A program made the translations under genes and the position numbers. Shown in pieces: positions 41,098 through 53,579 of a stretch of DNA of 64,000 bases (its first letter is position 1; every line of letters begins with the position of its first letter). The notes under the pieces were generated by a model. It was not told the origin of the DNA and searched no databases. It saw only the letters and a program-made list of their open reading frames with translations. The DNA lies in the NCBI GenBank assembly GCA_951406725.2, contig OX597815.1, positions 40,672,001 to 40,736,000 on the forward strand, given 5' to 3'. The stretch comes from Octopus vulgaris (taxonomy: Eukaryota).

Positions 41098-41331
41098 AGG
41101 CGGAGAGCTGGCAGAAACGTTAGCACGCCGGGCGAAATGCGTAGCCGTATTTCGTCCGCCGTTACGTTCTGGGTTCAAATTCCGCCGAGGTCGACTTTGC
41201 CTTTCATCCTTTCGTGGGTAGATTAAATAAGTACCAGTTACGCACTGGGGTCGATTTAATCGACTTAATCCGTTTGTCTGTCCTTGTTTGTCCTCTCTGT
41301 GTTTAGCCCCTTGTGGGTAGTAAAGAAATAT
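41098..41331 (+). mobile_element. tRNA-derived SINE with Nin-like central domain
   Basis: ggcggagagctggcagaaacgttagc head; gtcgactttgcctttcatcctttc central motif. Other copies near 185-395, 10450-10670 and 18875-19085. Confidence 0.82.
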
Positions 41332-41451
41332 ATAGGTAGAGGTATGTTTGATGGGTAATATCTGTGTGTAGAGAGGGTGTATATATATATATATATATAT
41401 ATACATATATATATTCCTGTAGGAGTGACTGTGTGGTAAGTAGCTTGCTTA

Positions 41452-41683
41452 TTTCTTTATTGCCCATAAGGGGCTAAACATAGAGGGGACAAACAAGGAC
41501 AGACTAAGACATTAAGTCGATTACATCAACCCCAGTGCATAACTGGTACTTAATTTATCGACCCCAAAAGGATGAAAGGCAAAGTCGACCTCGGCGGAAT
41601 TTGAACTCAGAACGTAACGGTAGACAAAATACGGCTACGCATTTTGCCCGGCATGCTAACGTTTCTGCCAGCTCGCCGCCTTC
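41452..41683 (-). mobile_element. Same SINE family, nested in another SINE, 16-bp TSD
   Basis: TSD gtaagtagcttgctta at 41436-41451 and 41684-41699 splits the host SINE (41420-42080). Confidence 0.88.
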
Positions 41684-42102
41684 GTAAGTAGCTTGCTTAC
41701 CAATCACATGGTTCTGGGTTCAGTCCCACTGTGTGGCACCTTGGGCAAGTGTCTTCTACTATAGCCTCGGGCCGACCAAAGCCTTGTGAGTGGATTTGGT
41801 AGACAGAAATTGAAAGAAGCCTGTTGTATACATGTGTATATATATATATATATATGTGTGTGTGTATGTATGTATATTTGTGTGTCTGTGTTTGTCCCCT
41901 CAACATTGCTTGTCAACTGATGCTGGTGTGTTTACGTCCCCATAACCTAGCGGTTCGGCAAAAGTGACCGATAGAATAAGTACTAGGCTTACAAAGAATA
42001 AGTCCTGGGGTCAATTTGCTTGACTAAAAAGGCGGTGCTCCAGCATGGCCACAGTCAAATAACTGAAACAAGTAAAAGAGATATCCACACACAATTATGA
42101 CA

Positions 42103-42487
42103 TCTTTATATATAAAAGAGAGGTTGTGTGCTGTCTGTCTCCTACGATTTAGATTCCTAACTACTCCCACATTTTGCGGTGCAGTTTAACCAAAACCGGG
42201 TATCTTATAGTCGTGATTCATATCGAGCCCTTCTGGGTATTAGAGCGCGTCTACGATGAGTCAATGATTAAAAAAAAAATTTACTATCAATTTTTCCCAT
42301 TTTAATGCATTTTTGGCATATATAAGGGAAGTAACTCTCTAAAAATTTATTATTAAATCTCAGAACTTAAAAAGCTACAGTAACACACCCCCTTTGTGGT
42401 TAGCCACATTGAGGTGGCTATTATACTTTACATCTCTAAAAATGCTTATATAGTTATTTCCCTTACAAACCTGAGCAACACTGCTAG
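42103..42487 (+). mobile_element. Non-autonomous Helitron-like element
   Basis: A|TCTTTATATATAAAAG 5' end and CTAG|T 3' end (inserted between A and T); subterminal hairpin looks partly deleted. Confidence 0.62.
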
Positions 42488-42929
42488 TGTATATATAGGT
42501 ATATATTTTACATCTACTTTCAATATTGGCATAAGCTGGACAGGTCACCATAATCCGAGTCATTTCTTACAGGAAGCTGCTGCTCCCGTTGTGGGAATAT
42601 TAGAATTGAATGGGTAGGTAAGGAGAAAGAGAGAGAAAGAGAACAGACTTCTTTCTAGTTAAAAGACTTTACTGTTTAATACTTCGCTGATTTGAGCAGT
42701 GTTCTGTTTGTCAATCATATGAACTAATTTATTAATTGTGTATACATGTTGCCCTGCCTTGAAAGTGAGCAATTCTGTTAATATACCTTGAACTTCAGTC
42801 AACAGCTGATAAAAGGGTGTGGTTCATTTGTTTATATTGTCTTGTGCTTTAATTTATTGTCCATGTTTTTTTCTTTTCTTCTATTTTGATGACAACGCTA
42901 TGCAACAATATTTTGCCCCTATTTACTCT

Positions 42930-43142
42930 TTACTCTCTTTTACTTGTTTCAGTCATTTTGACTGTGGCCATGCTGGAGCACCGCCTTTAGTCGAGCAAAT
43001 CGACCCAGGGACTTATTCTTTGTAAGCCCAGTACTTATTCTATTGTTCCCTTTTGCTGAACCGCTAAGTGATGGGGATGTAAACACACCAGCATTGGTTG
43101 TCAAGCAATGCTAGAGGGACAAACACAGACACACAAACATAC

Positions 43143-43183
<41 letters not shown>

Positions 43184-43343
43184 TACGACAGGCTTCTTTC
43201 AGTTTCCGTCTACCACATCCACTCACAAGGCTTTGGTCGGCCCGAGGCTATAGCAGAAGACACTTGCCCAAGATGCCACGCAGTGGGACTGAACCCGGAA
43301 CCATGTGGTTGGTCAGCAAGCTACTTACCACACAGCCACTCCT
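42930..43343 (-). mobile_element. tRNA-derived SINE (second family, internal (TA)n)
   Basis: Reverse complement of the ggagtggctgtgtggtaagtagcttgct...gggttcagtcccactgcgtggcacc family; many copies in the window. Confidence 0.82.
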
Positions 43344-43564
43344 GCACAACCTTTCAACGTTCCTCTCTCTTCCTCTTTTCATCTGTTTTCTCTCTCTCAT
43401 CCCCTTTCCTATTCAATTCATACCTTCACACAATGCTTTTCTGTCTTCTTATGAGTCTAATTCTACTGCCCAACTTGATTTGTTTTTTATATCTCATATC
43501 TGCTACTGATACTTCACTCTTCATTTTGTCTTACAGTTAGTTTGACCCAATCTTTTCCTTTTAG

Positions 43565-43706
43565 CAGGAGTGGCTGTTACCAACCACATGGTTCCAGGTT
43601 CAGTCCCACTGTGTGGCACCTTGGGCAAGTGTCTTCTACTATAGCCTCGGGCCGACCAAAGCCTTGTGAGTGGATTTGGTAGACGGAAACTGAAAGAAGC
43701 CCGTCG

Positions 43707-43750
<44 letters not shown>

Positions 43751-43975
43751 TGTGTGTGTTTGTGTGTCTGTGTTTGTCTCCCTTGCATTGCTTGACAACC
43801 GATGCTGGTATGTTTACGTCCCTGTTACTTAGCGGTTCGGCAAAAGAGACCGATAGAATAAGTACTGGGCTTACAAAAGAATAAGTCCCGGGGTCGAGTT
43901 GCTCGATTAAAGGCGGTGCTCCAGCATGGCCGCAAAATGACTGAAACAAGACTGAAACGCAAAATGACTGAAACA
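43565..43975 (+). mobile_element. tRNA-derived SINE (second family), inverted relative to 42930-43343
   Basis: High similarity to the reverse complement of 42930-43343; tail motif aaaatgactgaaac is duplicated. Confidence 0.82.
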
Positions 43976-44081
43976 AGAAAAAAGAAAAAGAAAGAATAAG
44001 AGGAAACATAATTATATTTTAATCCTGACAAAGATTGTTTTTCATCAAATATGCTTCAGACTTTAGTTCTTTGTAATAAAG

Positions 44082-44159
44082 TGTTCCCCTGATGATCTGT
44101 GGTTAAGTAAGCAATGCAGAGTTCCTAAAAACTACAATGGCGAAACATATGTAGGAACA
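44082..44159 (+). ncRNA. Minimal type-I hammerhead ribozyme motif
   Basis: tgttccc CTGATGA tctgtggtt...aactacaatggc GAAA C ATAT G TA ggaaca. Confidence 0.66.
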
Positions 44160-45699
44160 AATGATATAAAACTTGTGTTTATTGTAACTTTTCTTAAATA
44201 TGTTTCTATATTTTCTCAGGAAAATCATACCCCACCTCACCCAAATACCCAGTGTTCATCTCTTGTGAGCTCACAATTCCTCCAAGGGGTCACTGCTGCC
44301 CAGGGTAAGAACACTGATCTAGAAAGACTATTACTCCTAAAACTAATGGATAGCAACCACCTGATCACATTGTTGAAAAGTGAAAGTTCATATCCCTATC
44401 ATAAATCAATTTAATATTCAAGTAATTGGCTCTCTTCTCTGTTTGATGTAATTTTGGATCCTACAGTCTAACAGAGTATTCCTTTATCAGGTGAGATAGT
44501 TTTGGTGGGTTTACCATCAATATCCATGATACTCTTGTGACTTGCATTAGGCTAAGTTTATAAGTGATGATCATGAACTGTTGGAATGAGTATTCCTTTT
44601 GCAGGAGGCACGTGAGCATGAAGATTTGATCCATGAGCAGAGCAGTTACTATGGCTTTGTCAAAGTGTATGTATCTTTATTATAGCAGTAATGATAGAAG
44701 AATGACATCAAAAATCTTAATAGCAGCAACAAGCAGGCAAAGTCCACAGTAATTGGATAAGGATAGAAAAACCACTTTTCTAGTTTTTTGGGAAAACATC
44801 TTTTATAAATCCAGAATTTGTAAAATTTAGATGATGTAGCTTTACCATACAGCAATTAATACTTGATTTGAAAGCCTTAGCGGGAATGTCTTTAAATAAA
44901 TTTGTGTGTCTCTTTCTCTTTTTAAGATAGAAGGTTGTGATTTGAGGGAAATTTGGTTGCTAATTTAATAGGTAGCAAATTGGCAGAATCCTTGGAGCAT
45001 AGAAGTTCAAAACTGGGTAAAATTAAGTCACTTTTTATCATTTCATGGTTGACAAATTAAAAACCAGTTGAAGGTAGTAGATTAGTGGAAATATTAGAGA
45101 ACTGGACAAGGTGCCTTGCAGTATTTGTTATGGCCCTTTGTATTCTGAATCATGGTGTGATAGACAATCTGTTGCTTGGTTACCATTTAGTCATTGGGAG
45201 GTTGCTGTTAGTGGAATTCACTTTGTTGCAAGCATTTAGGCCATATCTCTTGTTTGAAGATAATTTCCTCTTTTCTTTATCACGAGATTTTCAGGCCCTG
45301 AAAACATAAAGAAGAATCTTGAAAATTGCCCTTCCTTCTTTCACTAAGCTGTATATATATATATATCACTATCATCATTTAACATCCACCTTTCATGCTG
45401 GCATGGGTGGGATGGTTGACAGGAGCCGGCCAGGCAGAAGCGTGCACCAGACATTTGCGATTGTTTTGGCAGGATTTTTACAGCTGTTAATGCCAACCTG
45501 TTACCTGACAGATATTCTTAATTATATCAACCTACTTATAACATTTTCAATTTCACTTGCTTTTACCTAATCTTTTGAACAGGAATGCAGCAAGATTTTC
45601 AAAATCCCCTGCCTACATTCTGAAGCCAGACAACAAAGGCTTATTTATTGTAGTGTAAAACAGCTTTAGTACTCTTTAAATCCTTCCTCTTCACTTACA

Positions 45700-47280
45700 C
45701 TAGTTTGGCATAGGTTGGATGGTTTGACCAGAGCTGCATCAGGCTCCAGTCTAATTTGGTATGGTTTCTATGGCTGGATGCCCTTCCTAACACCAACACT
45801 TTACACAGTGTACTGGGTGCTTTTACGTGGCACTGGCTCAGGACTCTGGAAGGCCAATATTCTTCACCAGAGAGAGTGCATTTAACATTTCTGCTGTGGA
45901 GTATGTGTCTTGAGTACAATAAGAAGCCAGGTATCTTGGTCCTTGTCATCTCGTCTGTAAGGTTCAGGGTTTTGAGATCATCCTTCATTACTTTGTTCAT
46001 GTGTTCCATATACTTTAAGAGATTGGCACTTCTTTATGGAGTTGTCGGCATCCATCAGCATCACAACCTAACCAGAGCAGTCTTCTCTCTTCCACACTGC
46101 ATCTAATTCCTCTTATGCTTGACTTCTCTCTCAATACACTAGCTTTCTGTTGAACATGTACACTTACATTATACATCCAGCTGAGCATAGTAGCCACATG
46201 CCTCTCTAACCTTCACATGTCCTCTGCATTCACGGACCACATCTCACTATCATGTAGAATTGCTGTCCTTATACACACATCATACAATCTTCCTTTTCCT
46301 CAGAGAGAGAAACCTTTCACAGCCAACAGAGGTAACAGCTCTCTAAATTTCTTTCATCCTCTTCTTATTCTAGCTATCACACTCCCTGTACATCCTCATC
46401 CACTACCTATTTGGTCCTCTAGGTACTACCTCTAATGGGCCACTTGGGCATTTGAGAAATTCAAATTCCTGAGCATCTAGTTTTTATGGATCCTGTGCAT
46501 CTTCTACACATGAACACTACTTTCTCTAATAACCTTCCTGTTATTCCACTGCACCTCTTGTGTGTCTGTAGCTTACACTGGATACACTGTATGGAGTTCC
46601 TGCCTACACTTTTCCTTCAAATTGAACAGGGACATCTACCTTTCACAAGCCACTTTATCCCTAACCTCAGAGCTCACAGTGGGGTATTCTGCTGAAGACT
46701 TTCTCTAGATCAACAAATGCCAAGTATAATAGTTTATTCTTAGCTAAGTACTTCTCTTGCAGTTATCTGACCATGAAGATAGCATCAGTAGTGCTTTTCC
46801 CTTGGACAAAGCCAAGCTGCATTTTGTGTAGCCTAATTCTGCTCCTAATTAATTGGGCTATAACTCTCCATAATTTTCCCTGGCCCAGGAGTTTGAGACC
46901 TCTATAATTGCTTCCATCTAAAACATCACCCTCACCCTTGTAGTAGCTAACAATAATGCTGCTATGCCAGTGACTGGTTATTACACCTTCCTGAATAAAC
47001 TGAGGTGATTAGAACCATATCTACCTTACCAGATATTTTGAGTATCTTAGCAGTAATTTCAGATGGATAAGGGACTTTCCCTGTTTTCATGTCTTTAATT
47101 GCCTTTTCAGCCATACTGCTTCCCATTAGGATAGCTGGTCCCTCTGTTGGGCTTACATGAAGAAGACTACTTTTATCACATTTATTCTCCACATTTAACA
47201 GTGTTGCATAGTAACTCTTCCACACCTCTTTCTTGTTCACATCACTAAGTGCAAGCATACCAATATACATCTGCACACAC
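45700..47280 (-). mobile_element. Decayed RTE LINE fragment
   Basis: ORF 46962-47276 (KAIKDMKTGKVP), NYRGLKLL and QLGFVQGKSTTDAIF motifs; RTE 3' UTR near 45700-45830. Confidence 0.75.
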
Positions 47281-47286
47281 TTATTG

Positions 47287-48948
47287 GGATGCTGTCAGAA
47301 GTGAAAGTCAGCAATGAGTATAGCAAAGGATTTAATGCGCAGGTAGGAGTTCACCAAGGATTGGTTCTCAGCCCCTCTTATTTATCATAATCCTCAAGGC
47401 TGTAACTGATTGTCCATGGTAGTTCCTCTATGTTGATGACCTTGTTCTTATAGTTGAATCTTTAGTAGAATTAGAGAAATTTCATGTGTGGAAGCAAAGA
47501 CTGTAATCAAAAGGTCTTGACCAAAGTATTAGTAAGCAGGAAAGCAGACAAATTACTAATTCCTTCAGGAAGATAGTCTTACTCAATATGTAGAAAAGTT
47601 GTTGGTAGCAATTCCATACAGTGTACCAAGTGCAAGCTATTGACATGCAAGAAATTCACAGGAAGGTTAACAGAGAGAGAGAGAGTAATCTTTGTGTGAC
47701 AGATGTGCAGAAACAATAAACACTAAGAACACAGGATACAGATTTCCTCAAATGCTTAGAGGTAATATTTTTTGTTACCTAGGGAACCAAATTAGTAGTG
47801 GTGAAGGATGCTCTGAATAAGAGCTGGCTTGGCAAGGAGAGCTATTACCTTTATTGCTAACAAAGGGCTCTTCCCTCAGGATGAAAGGCAAATTGTATGA
47901 TGCCTGTGTATAAACAGCTATGCTACATGGTAGTGAAATATGTGCTGTGAATGTAAAGGACATGCAAAAGCTTGAAAGAAATGATGCCAGCATGCTCTGC
48001 TGGATGTGCACTGTTAATGTGCATATACAACAAAGTGTGTTTTGAGAGAAAAATTGTGTGCAAAAGAGAAGACAGTACTGGTATGGTCATGTGATGTAAA
48101 TGGGCGAAAACAGCTGCATAAAGAAATGCCGATTTCTAAATGTAGCAGGAACCAGTAGAAGAGGAAGACATGGGATGTAGTGGTGAAAAATGATCTTCAG
48201 ATGTTGAACCTCACCCAGGATGGAGACAATTGGTGATTTGCTGTGCTTGAGAGGACTTGTCAAGCTAAGTGAAACCAAAGCCAAAAAGGGCATGTCCTTT
48301 ATGCCCATGCCTCTGATAAACCGCTCTTGCACATCCCATCTTCTCAACACCTCCCCCACCATCCGTGATCCCCTCCCTCTATATCCCATTCTCCTTTGCA
48401 AACCCATCTGCACACTATGTTCCTATCAAATCTCATCCCTGCAATATATTCTCCTAACACCCCCTCTATGCCCACTATCTACATTCCTCTCCCCTCCATC
48501 TATCCTATTTTGCAAGCTTGTGAACTTACCCAGCTACTTAACCTATCCAATCCCTGGTCCGGTTCACTGTATATATGCCTTCTTCTAACTTGGGTGTATG
48601 TTTCATCACATCTTCACCATCTTTTCTCTCATCACTCTATAACTGAGGTAGCCACGAATCTCCTCTACTGCAAGATACCTATTTCTATCCCTCTCTTCAT
48701 ATTCTCGTCACCTAGCACTAAGCCACCTCTCTCAATCGAGGAGTTTTGTCTTGCATATTATTTGGTGGTCTTACTGTTGCTGGTGCCATGTAAAAAAGCA
48801 CCCAGTACACTCTGTAAAGTGGTTGACATTAGGAAGAGCATCTAGCTGTAGAAATCAATGCCAAAGTTGACAGTAGTACTCGGTGCAGCCTCTGGACTTG
48901 CCAGTTCCTGTCAAACCATGCCAGTACGAAAGGAGGACCTTAACTGAT
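47287..48948 (+). mobile_element. Decayed RTE LINE fragment
   Basis: VGVHQGLVLSP, LYVDDLV and AMLHGSE motifs and RTE 3' end. Confidence 0.75.
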
Positions 48949-48962
48949 GATATTTGTGTGTA

Positions 48963-49194
48963 AGGCGGCGAGCTGGCAGAAACGTTAGCACACCGGGCAA
49001 AATGCTTAGCGGTATTGCGTCTGTCGTTGCGTTCTGAGTTCAAATTCCGTCGAGGTCGACTTTGCCTTTCATCCTTTTGGGGTCGATAAATTAAGTACCA
49101 GTTATGCACTGGGGTCGATGTAATCGACTTAATCCATTTGTCTGTCCTTGTTTGTACCCTCTATGTTTAGCCCCTTGTGGGCAATAAAGAAACA
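48963..49194 (+). mobile_element. Nin-like SINE with 14-bp TSD
   Basis: TSD gatatttgtgtgta at 48949-48962 and 49195-49208. Confidence 0.87.
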
Positions 49195-49440
49195 GATATT
49201 TGTGTGTATGTGTGTGGAGGTGCATGGCTGAGTGGTAAGATTGTGGTTTTGATTCCTGGACCAGGTGATGTGTTGTGTTCTTGAGCAAAACACTTCATTT
49301 CATATTGCTCTAGTCCACTCAGCAAGAAAACAATGAGTATTCCTGCAATGGACCAGTATCCTGTTCAAGAGTTAATATATACACCACAGAAACCAATGAA
49401 TCAGCCCTATGAGTCTATAATACTTGAGAAAGATCTTTGT

Positions 49441-49487
<47 letters not shown>

Positions 49488-49784
49488 TCATCATCATCGT
49501 TTAATGTCTGGTTTCCATGCTAGCATGGGTTGGACGATTCGACTGAGGACTGGCGAACCAGATGGCTGCACCAGGCTCCAATCTAATCTGGCAGAGTTTG
49601 TACAGCTGGATGCCCTTCCTAACGCCAACCACTCCGAGAATGTAGTGGGTGCTTTTATGTGCCACCGGCACGAGGGCCAGTCAGGCAGTACTGGCAACGG
49701 CCACACTCAAATGGTGCTTTTTACGTGCCACCTGCACAGGAGCCAGTCCAGTGGCAGTGGCAATAACCTCGCTCAAATGTATAT

Positions 49785-49846
<62 letters not shown>

Positions 49847-52289
49847 TATGTAGAAGCGCCCATTTTGATTGGATGTAGTTGATATTTAATATGAATTTTT
49901 GCAGGTTGAGATTCAGTAGAAAACAGCTGCATAAATGTGAGCAGGGAGGACATTTTTAAGAGGATAAGCTTGGAGAATAGAGATGAGAGATGAAAGCTAC
50001 AATGATCCTTAGTTCAGAGGAGCAAGAACCATTGTAGTGGTGTCAGAAGGAGGACACAAGTCAGTAAGCTAGTTGTAATGATTTTCAGCTCCACCTGATA
50101 TTTCCACTCTCTCTTCTAAAATGTGAGTAGTCGTGTAGCTCCACTACAGCAAAAAACATATTCTGCTCTGGTCTCTTCTCTTATACTTTTACAACTCATC
50201 TCCTAGCATAGGGTACCAACTGCATGGCAATCACTAGTGCTGTAGCATGAAAAACGCACCCAGTACATGCTATAAAGTGGTCAGCATTAGGAAGAGCAGA
50301 GCAGACACTAGTACAGAATACACTCCTTGGGCCCATGGGATCCTGCCAGACCATTCAACCCATGCTATCACGATGATGACGATAAGTTTAATGATATTTT
50401 TTTCTTCAGATCTAGAAAGCTCGAACATTTGCAGAATTGAAGTAATTTATGATCCTGAAGATGTAACCTCTGCTATACTATTTTCGCTATATTATAGATA
50501 TGTTGGGTGCCAAGGAAAGTCATCAGCAACTGAGAGGCCAAGCAAATTTTTGAAGGTTTTAATTGTATGTCATTTATAAGTAAGGAAGAGAGCATAGTGT
50601 GTCATGTTGCAATCTGTTGTGTTTTGTAAGTTCTCTGTTCACAGAAGTAATGTATATTTGGCATGAGGTCATGTGTCATTTAACCCTGTTGAAGCAGATC
50701 TATGACCATCTCATTTTATTTTCAGGCATAGTGCGTGCATAACCACATTATCTAATACCTAATCCTTCCATTTTTAAGATGGCTTGGTGTGACTTGATGG
50801 AAATTTGGCTGTTAGTTGAATGATCACACAGAGGATCTTCTGTAGATGACATCTATGTGGAAAAGTTTATTAAGAAGTGATGGGTAACATACACAATAAA
50901 TGAAACATATAGGCCTTGAATTGTTATGGAATTGATATAAGCTGGGTCACAAGGAACTCTGTTGATGTAATGAGGTGCAGTGGTCTGAGAGGAAATATCT
51001 GATCCAAGAGATGAGAGTCAATAGGTGGACAACCTTGTTTGGAAGTTCTCATGTCAGACATAGTTAAAGGTTTTGCTGACATCAAAGGTAACAAAATTGC
51101 TTTTACCAATGTTTTCTAAAAAAGGAGACCATTGGTGTGTGACAGAAAAGCAAGCTCCATGTCAGATCTGGAGTATACAACTATAAACTGTTCCCAACCT
51201 ATGAGGTTAGTAAATGTGTTTTTTTTTTTTTTTTTTTTACAAAGGCAGATCAATTTTTGATAATAGAAGAATATGCTAATTGAATTGATCTCAGTCTAAT
51301 ATTGATAGTTATTTCATTAATCCTTAAGAAATATAAGAAACATTTGATTTCTTCTGATTTGAACAAAGGATATCATAAATCACCAAGTTTAACTCCGTGT
51401 TTTTCCACCAATTCCAATGATTGGTTTTAACATTATCAAGCTGTTTTGTCAACTAGGAATTTACAATCATTTGTCACATGACTACATAGTATGCTTTATC
51501 AATGAAAAGCTTAAAGGCATACAAATTATTAGAAAGTTGATATTTCATGAACCCAAAGATTGCTTTCTCATCCAATATATCTAATGGTATAAAAATAACT
51601 GTAAATGTATACCTTGTTCTCTATCTCATTTCTTCATCAGAGAACAACATTTGGGCCCTACAAAGTGATATCTACTTTAGACCTTTCCTATCAAATATAT
51701 ATATCAGTGAAAGAAAAGTTGTTATCCTTGTCTGGTATACAAATCTCTCTAATGTATCCAATATTACTTTTATAGATCCCCAGCATAGTTGCTAAATCTG
51801 CTAGAAATAGCAGCCATATCTTTCTCAAATTACACTTTACTATCTTAAAAATTATAAAAATGGTATTCGATAATATAGTTTGTTGCCTGGAAAAGAAAAA
51901 GACCACTGATCATAACTGGAATATTTTTGACTGTAGGTCAATTAGGTCTTAACTGGAGCTAAACAACTCCACAATCCTTTGATTCACATGCTTTTCTACA
52001 ATTTTAACTTTTGGAGTTGGATCTATGTCAGACCTTCCAGCTATCAACTCACCCATTCCTTCTACACTCAATTTGGCATCAATTATTTATCTATTGTCAC
52101 CTCCAACGACATTGCTGTTTAATCTTTCTGCACTCGCGTGTTTTTTCCACATACACCCTTAATACTTCCCTCTGAGCCTGTGCATCTTCACTGAAGCTTG
52201 GCTTTTGAAATATCTTTGTTTATTTTGACAAGTTAGTCTCGTTTAAATGATGTCACATATCCCAAAGAAACATCCATGTACTAAGCAAT

Positions 52290-52810
52290 TAGTAGAACCC
52301 CTATCTTGCCCAGGATATCAATCGTCTGGAAGCCATATTTGCCATATTCTGAACGCCTTACTTCCCTGGGCATGGACACATTGAAACTCCGATGTCTGGC
52401 AGCTGACTTGGCAGACACCCATAAAATTACCAACCATCTTACAAACAATAACTCTGAGCACCTTTTCAAACTCCACCCATGAACATATTTACAAAGTTAG
52501 AAAACAGTACAGCTCCCATGACTTGAGGAAACATTTTTTCATGCTGAGAGTTGCTGAAGCATGGAACAAACTGCCGGCACCAGTTGTTAGTTGTTGGAGC
52601 ACTGCATCCTTCAAAACTTCCATGCTTTCTGAGATTCGCCAACACTACACCTGATTTTCTCCCCTCCATACACACACAAGCATGTATCTGACTCATACAT
52701 TGTTCGTTTTCCAGACATTTGTACATTACTGCATATACTCTATACTCACTTTCTGACAAGTTGTGGTGCACCTGAGCACTGTATACAATAATTTCATTAT
52801 TATTATTTAT
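52290..52810 (+). mobile_element. CR1-clade LINE 3' end
   Basis: LPYSERLTSLGMDTLKLR..ADL and RKHFFMLRVAEAWNKLP..VV motifs; (ATT)n tail. Confidence 0.8.
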
Positions 52811-53579
52811 TTTAATGGACACTGCTGTCTTTAACAAATACCATGTCTGACAATCTCTCATAGCAACTATATATAATTTACTTAACAAAGACTGCTTCAC
52901 AAATGGTGTAGTTTCTGTTCAGAGCCTGAAAATATTTGAGCCTTTAGCAGCTACTAACTCTGAATATTTAGTATGTATTTTGTTCTGTAGAGGACTACAC
53001 CAAAACACTGCATTCACAGCTTAGATGCACATGTTCTAGAACGATGTTAGTGTCTTGGGTTCAAGGACTCATAGGGCTTGTTATCCAGTTTCCATGATGT
53101 ATAAGTGACTGAGATCACAACACTCACCCTGAATAGGATGTCAGTCTATTGCAGGGTAATTCATTTACAGGTGAATGGATTGGAGTAACTTGAAATGAAG
53201 TGTTTTGCTCAAGAACACATTGCACTACCTACTCCAGGAATTGAAACCATGATCTTGTGATCGTGAATGCAACACCCTACCAGCTAGGTTACACACTTTT
53301 ACATGTTCTAGAATGCATCTCCTAAAATAGTGTTTAAAAAAAACAACAAAAACTCTTCAGCCGTCAAATTTTATCACTGAATGAAGGAGCCACCATATAG
53401 TCATCTGACCTGCTGTAATTGGAAGCTAAATCTCTTTAAAATCTTAATCTTCTGTCTTCTAAATGAATAAATATACTGGATAAAGTAATCCTGAATATAA
53501 AAATAGGACAGGATGGTCACGGCTTGAAAGCTGGTTGAATGATAAAGGTTTGAAACACAGTAAAACACTTTTCACATGT

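Noticed and set aside
40861-41406. 181-aa ORF (and the similar 49333-49878 ORF)
   Set aside because: Runs through SINE/LINE-tail and (TA)n sequence; not protein-like.
50900-51110. Host gene exon
   Set aside because: Minus-strand remnant FDVSKTFNYV..ENF resembles a decayed LINE RT (DxSKAFD) motif, with stops.
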